A DNA stretch of 64,000 nt, taken from Candidatus Doudnabacteria bacterium. Lineage in GTDB: Bacteria; Patescibacteriota; Doudnabacteria; UBA920; VMFF01. Where the stretch lies: contig JAQBQP010000002.1 in the NCBI GenBank assembly GCA_028286905.1, positions 56,971 to 120,970 of the forward strand, given 5' to 3'. The notes below the pieces were generated by a model that searched no databases, had not been told where the DNA came from, and was given only the letters and a program-made list of their open reading frames with translations. This document shows positions 19,722-30,472 of this stretch, piece after piece. Position numbers and translations under genes: made by a program. The first letter of the stretch is position 1; each line of letters starts with the position of its first letter.

Positions 19722-21426
19722 AGTACAAGCCTTTTTGATCTAACAACTCTTGGTGTTTTCCAGATTCAACGATTTGGCCTTTTTCTAAAACAAAAATTCG
19801 ATCGGCATGCATTATGGTTGAAAGTCGGTGTGCAATTAAAACGGTCATATGTTCTTTGGTGGTAGAAACATCGCGGATGGTTTTGCTGATTTCTTCTTCG
19901 GTGATTGAATCTAGGGCAGAGGTTGCTTCGTCGAATACCAAAATATTTGGGTGGCGCAATAACGCTCGGGCAATAGACAAGCGTTGTTTCTCGCCGCCAG
20001 AAACTTTAACCCCGCCTTCGCCTATAACTGTATCTAGGCCTTTATCAGCTCGGGCCAGTAAGCTGTCGGCTGCGGCTTTGTGCAAGACATCATGCACTTC
20101 GGCGTCGGTAGCCTTAGGGTTTGCAAACAATAAATTTTCACGAATTGTTCCGGCAAATAGCTGAGCATCTTGAGTAACTAATCCAATCTGAACCCGAAGT
20201 TTATTTAAATCAATGGCATTGCCAGGGTGATGGTTATATAAAACTGCGCCTGCTAAAGGTTGGTACAACCCAACCAAGAGCTTTACTAAAGTAGTTTTGC
20301 CAGATCCCGAGGGTCCGACAAAAGCGATTGTCTCGCCGATTTTTGTCTTAAAAGAAACATCGCTTAAGGCGTTAGTGTTTGCTGTTAAGTGTTTGAAAGT
20401 AACATCCTTGAACTCTAAATCTTTCACTTCCCCAATTTCTACAGGGTTTTCTGGAGTTAATTCTTTTGGAGTATCCAAGATTTTTTTGAAATTATCTAAG
20501 GATACTTCTGATTCTCGATAGGTGTTTATTAAGTTGCCAAGCTCTTGTAGGGGAGCAAAAATTGTAAATGAATAAATATATAAAGAGAAGAACTGTCCAA
20601 ATGTGATTCTCTTAGCAAAAATTAAATATAACATTAAGAACAAAATGATCGTTCTTGTTAAATTTACGACTGTACCTTGAATAAAGCTAAGGCTGCGTAA
20701 ATATTTTACTTTTTGTAATTCTAATTCCAAAATCTTTTTAGTAGTGCCATTTAATCGAGTAATTTCTTGGTCAGCTAGTCCTAAACTTTTAACCAGCTCA
20801 ATGTTTCTTAAAGATTCGGTAGTCGAACCAGATAAGGCATTCGTTTCGGAAACGATTCGCTGCTGAATTTTTTTAATTTTTTTGCTAAGAAGATAGCTTA
20901 ATCCACCAATAATAGGAATTGTTAATAGATATGCCAAAGCCACATAGCCGTTTATTCGAACTGCATAAATGCCGACGAAGGTAAAACCCACCAAACTAAT
21001 AAATAACACACTTATGCCCGCAGTAATTATTGTTTGGACATCTAAGCGAACCTTTTGTAATTTGCCCAATGTTTCTCCACTACGCTGGTCTTCAAAAACT
21101 TGGTAGGGTAATTCCAGCGAATGGGCCAAACCATCGGTGTAAATTTCTGCGCCCAATCTTTGGGTAATCGTATTGGTGTAATAATCTTGAAAGTTTTTTG
21201 CAACTCTAGAAACAAAAGCTACTCCAATGGCCGCGCCAAGCAATATAATTACACCATGAAAAAACTGCGCTGGAGTGAATTGGTCAAACTTAGTGACATA
21301 TTGGTCTAAGATTTTTCTAAAAATGTAAGGATCAAGCAAGGAAAATACTTGGTTTATGGTCGCTAAGAATAACGCCAGGATTAAAAGTTTCCAGTAATGC
21401 TTTAAGTAAGAGAATAGTATTCGCAT
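19687..21426 (-). CDS. ABC exporter, fused TMD-NBD
   Basis: GPSGSGKTT, VSGGEKQR, LVFDEATSALD, IAHRLST. Confidence 0.95.
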   Translation of the reverse strand: MRILFSYLKHYWKLLILALFLATINQVFSLLDPYIFRKILDQYVTKFDQFTPAQFFHGVIILLGAAIGVAFVSRVAKNFQDYYTNTITQRLGAEIYTDGLAHSLELPYQVFEDQRSGETLGKLQKVRLDVQTIITAGISVLFISLVGFTFVGIYAVRINGYVALAYLLTIPIIGGLSYLLSKKIKKIQQRIVSETNALSGSTTESLRNIELVKSLGLADQEITRLNGTTKKILELELQKVKYLRSLSFIQGTVVNLTRTIILFLMLYLIFAKRITFGQFFSLYIYSFTIFAPLQELGNLINTYRESEVSLDNFKKILDTPKELTPENPVEIGEVKDLEFKDVTFKHLTANTNALSDVSFKTKIGETIAFVGPSGSGKTTLVKLLVGLYQPLAGAVLYNHHPGNAIDLNKLRVQIGLVTQDAQLFAGTIRENLLFANPKATDAEVHDVLHKAAADSLLARADKGLDTVIGEGGVKVSGGEKQRLSIARALLRHPNILVFDEATSALDSITEEEISKTIRDVSTTKEHMTVLIAHRLSTIMHADRIFVLEKGQIVESGKHQELLDQKGLYYAMWRQQIGER

Positions 21427-21499
21427 GAAATTCTTTAATATTAACTAGGTAATCATACCAAAAATTGTAACTTCAGGATAGATAGTCTAAAATGGACTA

Positions 21500-21904
21500 A
21501 TGGAAAAGACCAAACTCAAAGAATCTCCGGTTATCACGGTAAAGCGTTCTAAAACCGGTTTAGGAATTTATACTAAAAGCGAAATTAACAAAGGTGATTT
21601 TGTAATTGAATATATCGGCGAGAGAATATCTAATGCCGAAGCGGACAAGCGCTTAGGAATGTATTTATTTGAATTAAATAAACGCGTTACAATTGATGGC
21701 AGCAGTAGAAAGAATATTGCCAGGTATTTAAACCATTCTTGTTTGCCAAATTGTGAAGCATGGATAAAGAAGGGTAAGATTATGATTATTGCCCGAAGAA
21801 AAATAAAAGCAGGAGAAGAGCTGACATATGATTACGGCAAGGAATTTTTTAATGGTTTCATTAAACCAATTGGCTGTAAATGTGTAAAGTGTTCTGCTAA
21901 GTAG
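21500..21904 (+). CDS. SET-domain protein lysine methyltransferase
   Basis: GLGIYT, IEYIGE, ARYLNHSCLPN, EELTYDYG, post-SET CKCVKC. Confidence 0.93.
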   Translation: MEKTKLKESPVITVKRSKTGLGIYTKSEINKGDFVIEYIGERISNAEADKRLGMYLFELNKRVTIDGSSRKNIARYLNHSCLPNCEAWIKKGKIMIIARRKIKAGEELTYDYGKEFFNGFIKPIGCKCVKCSAK

Positions 21905-21910
21905 CATCCT

Positions 21911-23158
21911 CTAATATTTCAAATTGTTTTTAACGTAGCCTTGGTAAAATTCTTCGCCATAATCTAAGGCTTTCCGCCCGAAAGCTTTTAGTTTCATTTT
22001 TCGGGTTGGGTCGTAGAGTTTGCTCCATGGATTCTTTTTGCCAGTAATTGCATCTCGGAAAATCATCCCAGCAATAGTAGAGTAAGTCATGCCATTTCCC
22101 GAAAAAGCTGTTGCAACGAATTGGTTTGGCTTACTTTCTCCAATTAGCGCAATACCATCGCTCGGTTCCAGGATTGGTCCGGTCCATTTGCGTGTTATTT
22201 GGTAATCAACAGCGATTAAGTTTTTTAAATAGGCCTCTAGCGCTTTAAAGTTTTTTGTGGCACTCATTTTTGCTTCTTCACGATGGTCTTCTCCGCCGAT
22301 AATCATTCGATCAAATCCCTTTTCTTTGTCGATTCTAAAATAGTGGTAAGGATTTTCAAGATCTACATATAGACCTTCAAGAATCAAATTTTGAGGGAGT
22401 TTTACTTCAAAGACATAACTTTGATACATTCCTTTTTTCGCAAAAGTTTTTAAAACCTTAATTGGTTTATAGGTAGCAATAATAACCTGATTGGCTTTGA
22501 TTTCATAATTTTTAGTTTTGATGCGGACTGATTTGTGGCCAGAGATCGCAGTTACTTCGGTGCTAGTAAAAATTTGCACGCCGTTTGCAACTGCCTTTTC
22601 CGCTAGAGTCTCAACGTATTTAATTGGATTGAATTTTGCTTGGTTTTTGACTTCGAGGTAGCCAGCATTTTTAAACTTGAAACTATTCTTCTTTTTCAAA
22701 GTAACTTCTTGATCCACTTTTTTAGCCGCAGCTTGCTCTTCTTCCAAGGACTGAAATTGGCTATCTTCATTGGCATAGGTAAAGTAAGAAACTCTTTTAA
22801 AATCGCAATCGATTTTTTCAGCTTTTACTATTTGTTCAATTTGGTCAATTGCTTGCTGGCCTGATTCCCAAATCAGTTTGGTATTTTTTTCTCCAAACAT
22901 TTTTATCAAATCGCTTAACCCGGTATCGATAACTTTTGTAATAAAAGCCGTAGTAAACAGGGTGGTGTCTGATGCTAAGTATTTCTTTGATTCTACTAAA
23001 GCAACTTTTTTACCGGCCTTGGCCAACATATAAGCCGATGTAATGCCTGTGATACCGCCCCCAACAATTGCGACATCTACATTAATATTCTCTTTTAATT
23101 GTGGGTACTGATTGTTTGCTTTTGCATCTTGCCAAGTGGTGATCTGTTGTATTCTCAT
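21911..23158 (-). CDS. FAD-dependent oxidoreductase (DAO/YhfW-like, no Rieske domain)
   Basis: IVGGGITG, IIGGEDH, AFSGNGMT, YDPTR. Confidence 0.88.
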   Translation of the reverse strand: MRIQQITTWQDAKANNQYPQLKENINVDVAIVGGGITGITSAYMLAKAGKKVALVESKKYLASDTTLFTTAFITKVIDTGLSDLIKMFGEKNTKLIWESGQQAIDQIEQIVKAEKIDCDFKRVSYFTYANEDSQFQSLEEEQAAAKKVDQEVTLKKKNSFKFKNAGYLEVKNQAKFNPIKYVETLAEKAVANGVQIFTSTEVTAISGHKSVRIKTKNYEIKANQVIIATYKPIKVLKTFAKKGMYQSYVFEVKLPQNLILEGLYVDLENPYHYFRIDKEKGFDRMIIGGEDHREEAKMSATKNFKALEAYLKNLIAVDYQITRKWTGPILEPSDGIALIGESKPNQFVATAFSGNGMTYSTIAGMIFRDAITGKKNPWSKLYDPTRKMKLKAFGRKALDYGEEFYQGYVKNNLKY

Positions 23159-23251
23159 AAATAAAACCTAACAGACTTAGCAACTAAAGCAATTGGTATT
23201 TTGTCCAAAAAGTACAATTGTTGGATCGTTTGGCGATTCAATAATTAACGC

Positions 23252-23770
23252 CTATTTTAGAATTAAGCTTACGATCCAATCAGTAATTGGATCGTTGCCT
23301 TTACCGTAGACAATCGTTCCGCCCAATGAACCGGTGATTGTTATTGCGATTACTCCTGCAATCGCCAAAATAATTACTACTGGGGTATCTATTATCCAAT
23401 GCTGAATTTTTGTTAGCCAATTCCATATTCTTATTATGGTTGGACTCTTAAAATTTGTGAGAGTAGCTTTGTTTAGCCATTCAATAGCGTAACAGACTGC
23501 AATAATTGTAAAAATTATTATGCTATTTTGTGCCCAGTTTTCATGATTTGAAATTAAGGTTCGGTTGCCGCTATTTACAATCAGACCTTTTGCAATGTCT
23601 CCGAATTCAGCTGCGACGTAGGCCGCAAGAGTGCCAAGTATCACCAAAGTTGCTTTGATGTAGAACCAATAGGCCTGAGAGGTGATTTTTTTAAAACGAA
23701 TTAATTCTAATATGCCGTATGTGCTTAAGAGGGCAATTGGAAAGTGAACGAAAATAGGATGAACGTTCAT
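23252..23770 (-). CDS. DUF2231-like membrane protein
   Basis: HPIFVHFPIAL, HENWA, TGSLGGTIVY. Confidence 0.85.
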   Translation of the reverse strand: MNVHPIFVHFPIALLSTYGILELIRFKKITSQAYWFYIKATLVILGTLAAYVAAEFGDIAKGLIVNSGNRTLISNHENWAQNSIIIFTIIAVCYAIEWLNKATLTNFKSPTIIRIWNWLTKIQHWIIDTPVVIILAIAGVIAITITGSLGGTIVYGKGNDPITDWIVSLILK

Positions 23771-23840
23771 GGATCTTTTTTAATTATAAGAGAATTATAA
23801 CAGTTTTTAATTTAATATTCACCTGCCAAAAGTATAAGCA

Positions 23841-24617
23841 ATGGAAGGAGAATTTATGAAATTAAAATTGTTTTCTGGGTTAAGTCTCGCAATCTTTTTA
23901 TTCTTTGGATTTAAAGTCAGTTTAGTTGGAGCGACTCCTTTTTCTTTTAATCAAAACGCAGTCGGACAAGCAACTTCCTTAAATTGGGCAGGGTATGTAG
24001 CCCAAGCAGGAAAATTTACTTCTGTGCAGGGCACTTGGATTGTGCCAAAAGTTGGTAAAAGCAAAAAAGTTAAAACAGACGCCGCTTGGGTAGGGATTGG
24101 AGGGGTGGACAGTAACGATTTAATTCAAGCTGGTACCATGGCAATTACTGGAATGGGAGCTACAAGATATAGCGTTTGGTACGAACTGCTGCCGAATTAT
24201 TCAAAGGTGTTACCTTTGCCAGTTAAAGCCGGCGATTCAATTAGTGCCAGCATTCAACAAATAGCTTCGACAAAATGGAAAATTTATTTAGTAAATAATA
24301 GCAGCGGGCAATCCTATACAAAGGTTGTCAGCTATAAATCTTTAGTGTCATCGGCAGAATGGGTGGAGGAAATGCCTAGTGATGGCAGCTATGATTTGAT
24401 GCCGTTAGATAATTTTAAGACAGTTACCTTTTCCAACGGCTTTGTTATAAAAGACGGCAAAAAGGCTTCTATTTTAGAATCTGGAGCAAAGAGTGTTCAG
24501 ATGGTTGATAAAAATGGTAAAGCTTTGGCTGTGCCGACAATTTTAAACCCGCAGGGCAGCGGGTTTAATGTAGACAGAACCTCTAAGCTTTCCGGGACTT
24601 TGTTGCGAAAACAATAA
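23841..24617 (+). CDS. Glutamic peptidase, family G1 (eqolisin-like), secreted
   Basis: SLNWAGY, AWVGIGG, LIQAGT, WYELLP, SAEWVEE. Confidence 0.9.
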   Translation: MEGEFMKLKLFSGLSLAIFLFFGFKVSLVGATPFSFNQNAVGQATSLNWAGYVAQAGKFTSVQGTWIVPKVGKSKKVKTDAAWVGIGGVDSNDLIQAGTMAITGMGATRYSVWYELLPNYSKVLPLPVKAGDSISASIQQIASTKWKIYLVNNSSGQSYTKVVSYKSLVSSAEWVEEMPSDGSYDLMPLDNFKTVTFSNGFVIKDGKKASILESGAKSVQMVDKNGKALAVPTILNPQGSGFNVDRTSKLSGTLLRKQ

Positions 24618-25941
24618 ATTTGTATCCCAGGAAGTCGATAACAATTCCGAGCAGCGTCGCAATTGCTTTGCCTAAGTTTAGCCAGGCGCCTCTATTAAGT
24701 CCAAATTGCGGCGCTAGCATTGATGTAAATAAAACTAATATTGCACTATTAAGCAGCAGCCCCACTACAGTGACGGCAATGAACTTTGGAATATCATGAA
24801 GTGCACCTTTATCTTCAGCTTTTTTGAAAACCCAATACTTATTCCAAAAATAACTGTTCGAAGCAGCTACTATTGTGCTAGGCACATTATACCCACCAAC
24901 CGCTAATCCAGAAGTTACTCCGGTAAAAATACTCGCAAGGTTTAAAATTCCAAAATTGATCGCTGTGTTTAAAATTCCAATTGCAGCAAACTTGCTAAGC
25001 TGAAGCATAATCGGGATCCAGCGCGATAGAAATTTTCCTAACCAAACGCCAAATACCAAACAGATTGCAAAAACAAACGGAAGCGCGATAAGAATTACCT
25101 TGCTATGTGATCCGATGTTTAAAAAAGTAGGGATTAAAAATATTCCTGTTATAAACCCGGCAAGTGCAGCAAGGTCATAATCTCTAACTGTTAATATTCC
25201 AGTTGGCGCAGCCACTTGATTTTCGTTATATTTGCCACTCATGCTATTAAGCTTAATTCGCAAGAGATCAATTAAAGATTCGATGTAAGCCTTAAGCGGA
25301 ACATGTCCGCCACCGTTTTCAGTCCAAGAAACGCCAATCTCTTTAATTTTGTAATTATGTGCCAAAGCAATAGTTAAGACTTCCATGTCAAAACCCCAGC
25401 GAAGAATTGATACCTTTGAAAAAATATCATCAGCAGCCTTTTTGCTGAATACTTTAAAACCCAGTTGAGTATCTTTGATCCCGGGAACAGCAAGAAGCTG
25501 AATAAGGATGTTACTTAATCTGCTTAAAACGATTCTGTAAAAGGGCTGGTGCTGTTTAACCAAATTAGGCTCAGTGTATCTTGAACCGATTACAACATCA
25601 TAACCTTGATCTAAGAATGGTAAGAGTTTCTGGATTTCTTCAATTGGGGTAGCGTTATCGGCGTCCATAAACATCACAACATCTCCCGATGCTTTTTCAA
25701 GGATACCACGCTTAACAGCATTGCCCTTGCCTCCTTCTGGGAGGTTCATTGCAAAAGCTTTTTTGATTTTGGTAGATTCTAAATTCTTTACAATAGCGTA
25801 GGTTTTGTCATGACTATTGTTAACCACAACTATGATCTCATAATCGTAGGACTGCTTGCTTAGATATTTATCGATATCTAGCAATGTCGCTTCAATTCGA
25901 TGCTCCTCGTTATAAGCGGGGATTATTATCGATAATTTCAT
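24583..25941 (-). CDS. GT2 polyprenol-phosphate glycosyltransferase fused to a GtrA-like flippase
   Basis: IIIPAYNEE, FMDAD, DTQLGFK, WGFDME; C-terminal KFAAIGILNT, SYFWNKYWVF. Confidence 0.9.
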   Translation of the reverse strand: MKLSIIIPAYNEEHRIEATLLDIDKYLSKQSYDYEIIVVVNNSHDKTYAIVKNLESTKIKKAFAMNLPEGGKGNAVKRGILEKASGDVVMFMDADNATPIEEIQKLLPFLDQGYDVVIGSRYTEPNLVKQHQPFYRIVLSRLSNILIQLLAVPGIKDTQLGFKVFSKKAADDIFSKVSILRWGFDMEVLTIALAHNYKIKEIGVSWTENGGGHVPLKAYIESLIDLLRIKLNSMSGKYNENQVAAPTGILTVRDYDLAALAGFITGIFLIPTFLNIGSHSKVILIALPFVFAICLVFGVWLGKFLSRWIPIMLQLSKFAAIGILNTAINFGILNLASIFTGVTSGLAVGGYNVPSTIVAASNSYFWNKYWVFKKAEDKGALHDIPKFIAVTVVGLLLNSAILVLFTSMLAPQFGLNRGAWLNLGKAIATLLGIVIDFLGYKFIVFATKSRKA

Positions 25942-26037
25942 TTGTTTTTGTTTCAAGTTATTTTACTGCTCTTGTGAATATTATAGCACTTTTTTGGCTA
26001 ATGTCTTATACTTAATGCATAACTAATAATAAATATC

Positions 26038-26898
26038 ATGAACTTAAAAGAAGCTTTGGAAAAAGCCCAACAAGATAAAGTTGCAATCGGACACTTCAAT
26101 ATTTCGGATCTGGCAGGATTGAAGGGCATTGCAAACGCTGCGCGCGAGTTAAAAGTACCCGTTATAATCGGGCTGTCTGAGGGAGAGAGGGCTTTTGTAG
26201 GATTAAATGAAGCTGCTGCGTTGGTAAAATCTATTCGAGAAGGATATTCCCAAGAGATTTTTATTAATGCAGACCACACTCATTCTTTGGAGTCAGCGAT
26301 TGCCGCTGCTAAAGCTGGTTTTGATTCAATAGTTTATGATCGCTCGGATTTACCTTTTGAAGAAAATATAAAAGATACTGCAAACGCCGTTATCGAATTA
26401 AAAAAAATAAACCCTTCTATCATTATAGAAGGGGAAATTGGTAATATCGGCACTGGTTCGGAGATTCACGAGAAGGCTCCTGAAAATATTGGACTTAGTA
26501 CTCCAGAAGAAGCAGCGCGTTTTGTTAAAGAAACTGGTGTGGATGTTTTGGCGCCAGCGGTTGGAAACATGCACGGTTTGCTTGCTAGTATGGTTTCTGG
26601 AGAGGTTAAAAAGCGCTTGCACTTGGATGTTATTGAATCAATTAAGTCTGCAACTGGCTTGTATTTAACCTTACACGGCGCTTCTGGTACTAACGATGAA
26701 GATATGCAAAAAGCAATTCAAGCAGGAATTACAATTATTCATATTAATACTGAAATTCGTATTGCATGGCGCAAAGGCTTGGATGCGGCGCTTTTGGCGC
26801 ACCCTGATGAATTGGCCCCTTCAAAGATTTTCCCTGGAGTAGTTCAGTCGGTGCAGGATGTTGTGAAAGCAAGATTACAGTTATTCAATAGAATGTAA
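26038..26898 (+). CDS. fba: Class II fructose-bisphosphate aldolase
   Basis: GHFN, NADH, EGEIG, AVGNMHG, LHGASG. Confidence 0.9.
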   Translation: MNLKEALEKAQQDKVAIGHFNISDLAGLKGIANAARELKVPVIIGLSEGERAFVGLNEAAALVKSIREGYSQEIFINADHTHSLESAIAAAKAGFDSIVYDRSDLPFEENIKDTANAVIELKKINPSIIIEGEIGNIGTGSEIHEKAPENIGLSTPEEAARFVKETGVDVLAPAVGNMHGLLASMVSGEVKKRLHLDVIESIKSATGLYLTLHGASGTNDEDMQKAIQAGITIIHINTEIRIAWRKGLDAALLAHPDELAPSKIFPGVVQSVQDVVKARLQLFNRM

Positions 26899-26973
26899 AC
26901 TTTTTTGGAACTGAGTAAGAATAAATATTAGCTCCAATAAAATTGCGAGCACTTCAACCAAAAGCTTAATTAT

Positions 26974-27273
26974 TTATTCGCTTCGCTGCGCGGGAGTGTT
27001 TAGATATAATCCAACCGCGACGCAATGTTCGCAAAAGAAATTTTTCTTTGCAGTACAGCTACATTTCCATCGCAATCCCTTGGTTGTTGAGTGTAGCTCC
27101 GTATCGATTTGGCGCTGTCCAAAGGGTTTTATTTCTACTATAAGGTTGAAAGTGTTAGACTTTTTAATTTTAATCGCATCATTTTTAGCAATTTCCTGAC
27201 CATATCTAAAGTTTGACCGCGAGGCTAGTTTTTTAAGATCGTCTTCTGCTAATAATTCTCTGATTGATTTCAT
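26974..27273 (-). CDS. SWIM zinc-finger protein
   Basis: CSC...FCEHCVAV. Confidence 0.8.
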   Translation of the reverse strand: MKSIRELLAEDDLKKLASRSNFRYGQEIAKNDAIKIKKSNTFNLIVEIKPFGQRQIDTELHSTTKGLRWKCSCTAKKNFFCEHCVAVGLYLNTPAQRSE

Positions 27274-27356
27274 TTAATAGTAGTATACTACAATTTTCGT
27301 CTGGCATTTGAGAATCCGTTATTTTTGGTTGGGCCATGCTATAATGCTTTTAAGTT

Positions 27357-27941
27357 ATGAAAATAAACCAATCGAATTTAATTTCAGAAAATACAGCTGA
27401 CCCGCAGTTGATTTTAGAAGCACAAAAAGAAAATCAGCTTGCACTTGAATTACTTGTAAAACGCTATATTGCTGATTCATACAGACTATCTTTGCAATAT
27501 TTAAAAACTCAGATCGATGCTGAAGACGCGGTTCAAGAGGTTTTTGTTAAAGTTTGGCGAAATATTAAAAAAGTTGATCCTGATAAAAATTTTAAAGCTT
27601 GGCTATTAGAAGTAACTAAAAATACCTGTTTAGATATTTTAAAGAAGAAAAAAGCTTTGCCATTTAGCGCATTTGAACTCGCTGATGGCAGTAATCCACT
27701 TGTAGATAATTTAATCTCGCCGCTAGCCTCACCATTAGAATTAGCAGAAACAGCCAGCTTGCAAGGGTTGATAAATAAGGCAAAAAGCAGCTTGCCAAAT
27801 AAATACAAAAATATTTTAGCCCTATATTACGAACAAGGATTAAATTTGCGAGAGATTTCAGAAGCTTTAAAAGTGCCAATCGATACGATTAAAAGTCAGC
27901 ACCGCAGAGCTTTAATAAGCTTAAAAAAGCTAATTCGTTAA
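27357..27941 (+). CDS. ECF RNA polymerase sigma factor
   Basis: DAEDAVQEVFVKVW, FKAWL, LREISEAL.VP..TIKSQHRRA. Confidence 0.92.
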   Translation: MKINQSNLISENTADPQLILEAQKENQLALELLVKRYIADSYRLSLQYLKTQIDAEDAVQEVFVKVWRNIKKVDPDKNFKAWLLEVTKNTCLDILKKKKALPFSAFELADGSNPLVDNLISPLASPLELAETASLQGLINKAKSSLPNKYKNILALYYEQGLNLREISEALKVPIDTIKSQHRRALISLKKLIR

Positions 27942-27965
27942 TAAATATTTAATTGCTTAGTGTTA

Positions 27966-27997
27966 GGATGCACCCAGGTGCATCCTTTTTTCGTATA
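27966..27997 (+). promoter_or_regulatory. Putative ECF-type promoter within an inverted repeat
   Basis: TGCACC-N17-CGTATA; GGATGCACC-CA-GGTGCATCC. Confidence 0.45.
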
Positions 27998-28004
27998 GAT
28001 ATGT

Positions 28005-28364
28005 ATGAGAGAAGAATTAGTAGAACAAGTTTTGTACCGGATTGAACACGAGCGCCAGTTAAAGGCTGCCCGTATTCGTCTATTTGTTTCAGTTTTGTCT
28101 TTTTTTGGTTTATTGATCCTAGCGGTGCCTACGTGGCAAATGACCCGAACAGACATAATCAATTCTGGATTCGGTCAACAATTCAACCTAATGTTCTATG
28201 ATTTTAGAAACATTTTAAATTATTGGCAAGATTTTAGTGTTGGTTTAATGGAAGAATTGCCGGTTTTAAGCGTAGTTCAATTCTTAGCGGTTTTAGCAGG
28301 CCTGGTTTTTGCCTTGAAAGTAATCTTTAAGAATGGAAAGGTTTTCATAAAGTATGAAATTTAA
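28005..28364 (+). CDS. Membrane protein, putative anti-sigma factor
   Basis: Two TM segments; immediately after the ECF sigma gene. Confidence 0.6.
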   Translation: MREELVEQVLYRIEHERQLKAARIRLFVSVLSFFGLLILAVPTWQMTRTDIINSGFGQQFNLMFYDFRNILNYWQDFSVGLMEELPVLSVVQFLAVLAGLVFALKVIFKNGKVFIKYEI

Positions 28365-28800
28365 TTTTGAAGGTAAGCATTTTTGGAGAATTCTGATCGG
28401 ATTAGGTACGATAATAATTTTGCTTTTGGTTTTTCAATTAGGTATGTATATCGGTTTTCGCAAAGCTAATTTTTCTTATCGCTGGGGTGAAAATTATCAC
28501 AAGACTTTTGGTGGACCAAGTATTAGCATGATCGATAATTTTCAAGGTAGGGATTTGGTCAACGGACATGGAATTACAGGAATCGTCGCGAAGGTTGAAA
28601 ACGGTGCAATTATAATGAAAGATCCGAATGGTGTGGAAAAAATCTTGAACATCACACCGCAAACCTTGTTAAAAAGAGGATCGGATACAATTACAATTAC
28701 CGATGTCAAAATAGATGATCGTTTGGTAGTTGTCGGCTCGCCAAAAAATGATGGAACAATTGATGCTGAAATAATTAGAGACTTTTATGGAAAAAATTAA
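28354..28800 (+). CDS. Membrane-anchored beta-barrel protein (DUF5666-like, tentative)
   Basis: One TM; IDDRLVVVG.P..DGTIDA. Confidence 0.6.
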   Translation: MKFNFEGKHFWRILIGLGTIIILLLVFQLGMYIGFRKANFSYRWGENYHKTFGGPSISMIDNFQGRDLVNGHGITGIVAKVENGAIIMKDPNGVEKILNITPQTLLKRGSDTITITDVKIDDRLVVVGSPKNDGTIDAEIIRDFYGKN

Positions 28801-30472
28801 ATTACTATTACGTAAAAAAAGTGTTTGGGCAGTAATCGCAATTATAGTGATTGGCGGAGGCTATTATTATAATAAAACTTCGGCGAAGCTGACTCCTGTT
28901 CGTTATGTTACCGCAGCGGTTCAGACCGGAACAATAACTTCTTCAGTAACTGGAACCGGGCAAGTCGCGGTTTCAGATCAAGTCGATGTTAAGCCCCAGG
29001 GGTCCGGCACAGTTACCTCGGTAAGAGTGCATCAAGGTGATCAGGTTAAAGCTGGTCAAGTAATTGCTACGGTTGATGCTCAAAGCGCAGTTAATCAGAT
29101 TAACCAGGCAAAGGTTACTTTGATGCAAGCCCAGGCAAATTACGATAAAGTTATTGCTGGCGCTACGAATACGGATTTAGCAACTGCAAAGCTTTCATTA
29201 CAGTCAGCGCAGCAAGCCGTGGACAATGCCAAAAACTCTTATGATACTAGCGTATCTCAGCAAAAAGTTAATGTAGCGAATGCCCAGTCGGCAATGTTCA
29301 ACGCCGGTCTAACTGCTTTGCCCGGAGTAGGTAACACCAGCACTGCTACTTTTACGGTAAGCGGCACCTATACCAGTACGGATCCAATCGAATATAAAAT
29401 AAACTTCTCTAGCACAGGCGGAGGTATTTATTATAATGTTTCTTCTGCTTCCGATGGCTCAAATGGATTTTTAAATCGTGGAGTGCCCGCACCATTAGGA
29501 ACTCGGGGATTGTATTTTACCATTAGCACCACCGGTACTTTATCAGGCAGTGACTATTGGACAATCGATTTACCAAACACCCAATCATCTAGCTATTTGA
29601 ACGCTTACAATTCGTATCAAGCTGCGTTGCAAACTCAGATTCAAGCAACTACTCAGGCAAATAATGCAATTCAATCGGCTCAAAATAACTTAGCTCAAGC
29701 GCAGATTAATTTTGATGCTAAAGTTGCGCCTGCAACTCAACCAGATCTATTAGCAGCTCAATCTCAAATTGAATCAGCAAAGGTTCAGTTGGCAAATGCC
29801 AATACCGCTTATCAAAATACTTTAGTTACGGCTCCTTTTGACGGTATTATTGCAAAACTTACAATTCAAAAAGGAGACCAAGCAAGCAACGCCACTGCCG
29901 CGGCAACGGTGATAACAAAACAGAAAATTGCACAAGTTACTTTGAATGAAGTTGATGTTGCTAAAGTGAAGATTGGACAAAAAGCTACTTTAACTTTCCC
30001 CGCAGTTGACGGCTTAACAATTACCGGCGATGTTGGTGAAGTTGATTCGCTTGGAACCGTAACTCAAAACGTTGTAAATTTTAGCATGAAAATTTTATTT
30101 GACACTCAAGATGACCGAGTAAAACCAGGAATGAGCGTTTCCGCTGCAATTATCACTGATGTTAAACAAGACGTCTTGACCGTCCCTTCTGCTGCTGTAA
30201 AAGGCAGTGGAGACACAGCTTACGTGGAAACGTTAGTTAACGGCGGTCCCGAACAACATTCAGTAACAGTAGGTATTTCCAGCGACACGGACACCGAAAT
30301 TTCCGGAGATATTAAAGAAGGCGATCAAGTAATTACCCAAACGATTAGTGCATCAAGCAGTACTGCAAAACCTGCCGCTTCCTCAGGTAATATTTTACAA
30401 AGTTTAGGCGGGAGTGGGGCAACGGGCGCACGAAGAACCACCGGCGCAGCAACCGGAGGCTTTGGCAAATGA
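28787..30472 (+). CDS. MacA/HlyD-family adaptor subunit
   Basis: VHQGDQVKAGQ, VTAPFDG, LNEVDV, VKPGMS, VPSAAV. Confidence 0.92.
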   Translation: MEKIKLLLRKKSVWAVIAIIVIGGGYYYNKTSAKLTPVRYVTAAVQTGTITSSVTGTGQVAVSDQVDVKPQGSGTVTSVRVHQGDQVKAGQVIATVDAQSAVNQINQAKVTLMQAQANYDKVIAGATNTDLATAKLSLQSAQQAVDNAKNSYDTSVSQQKVNVANAQSAMFNAGLTALPGVGNTSTATFTVSGTYTSTDPIEYKINFSSTGGGIYYNVSSASDGSNGFLNRGVPAPLGTRGLYFTISTTGTLSGSDYWTIDLPNTQSSSYLNAYNSYQAALQTQIQATTQANNAIQSAQNNLAQAQINFDAKVAPATQPDLLAAQSQIESAKVQLANANTAYQNTLVTAPFDGIIAKLTIQKGDQASNATAAATVITKQKIAQVTLNEVDVAKVKIGQKATLTFPAVDGLTITGDVGEVDSLGTVTQNVVNFSMKILFDTQDDRVKPGMSVSAAIITDVKQDVLTVPSAAVKGSGDTAYVETLVNGGPEQHSVTVGISSDTDTEISGDIKEGDQVITQTISASSSTAKPAASSGNILQSLGGSGATGARRTTGAATGGFGK

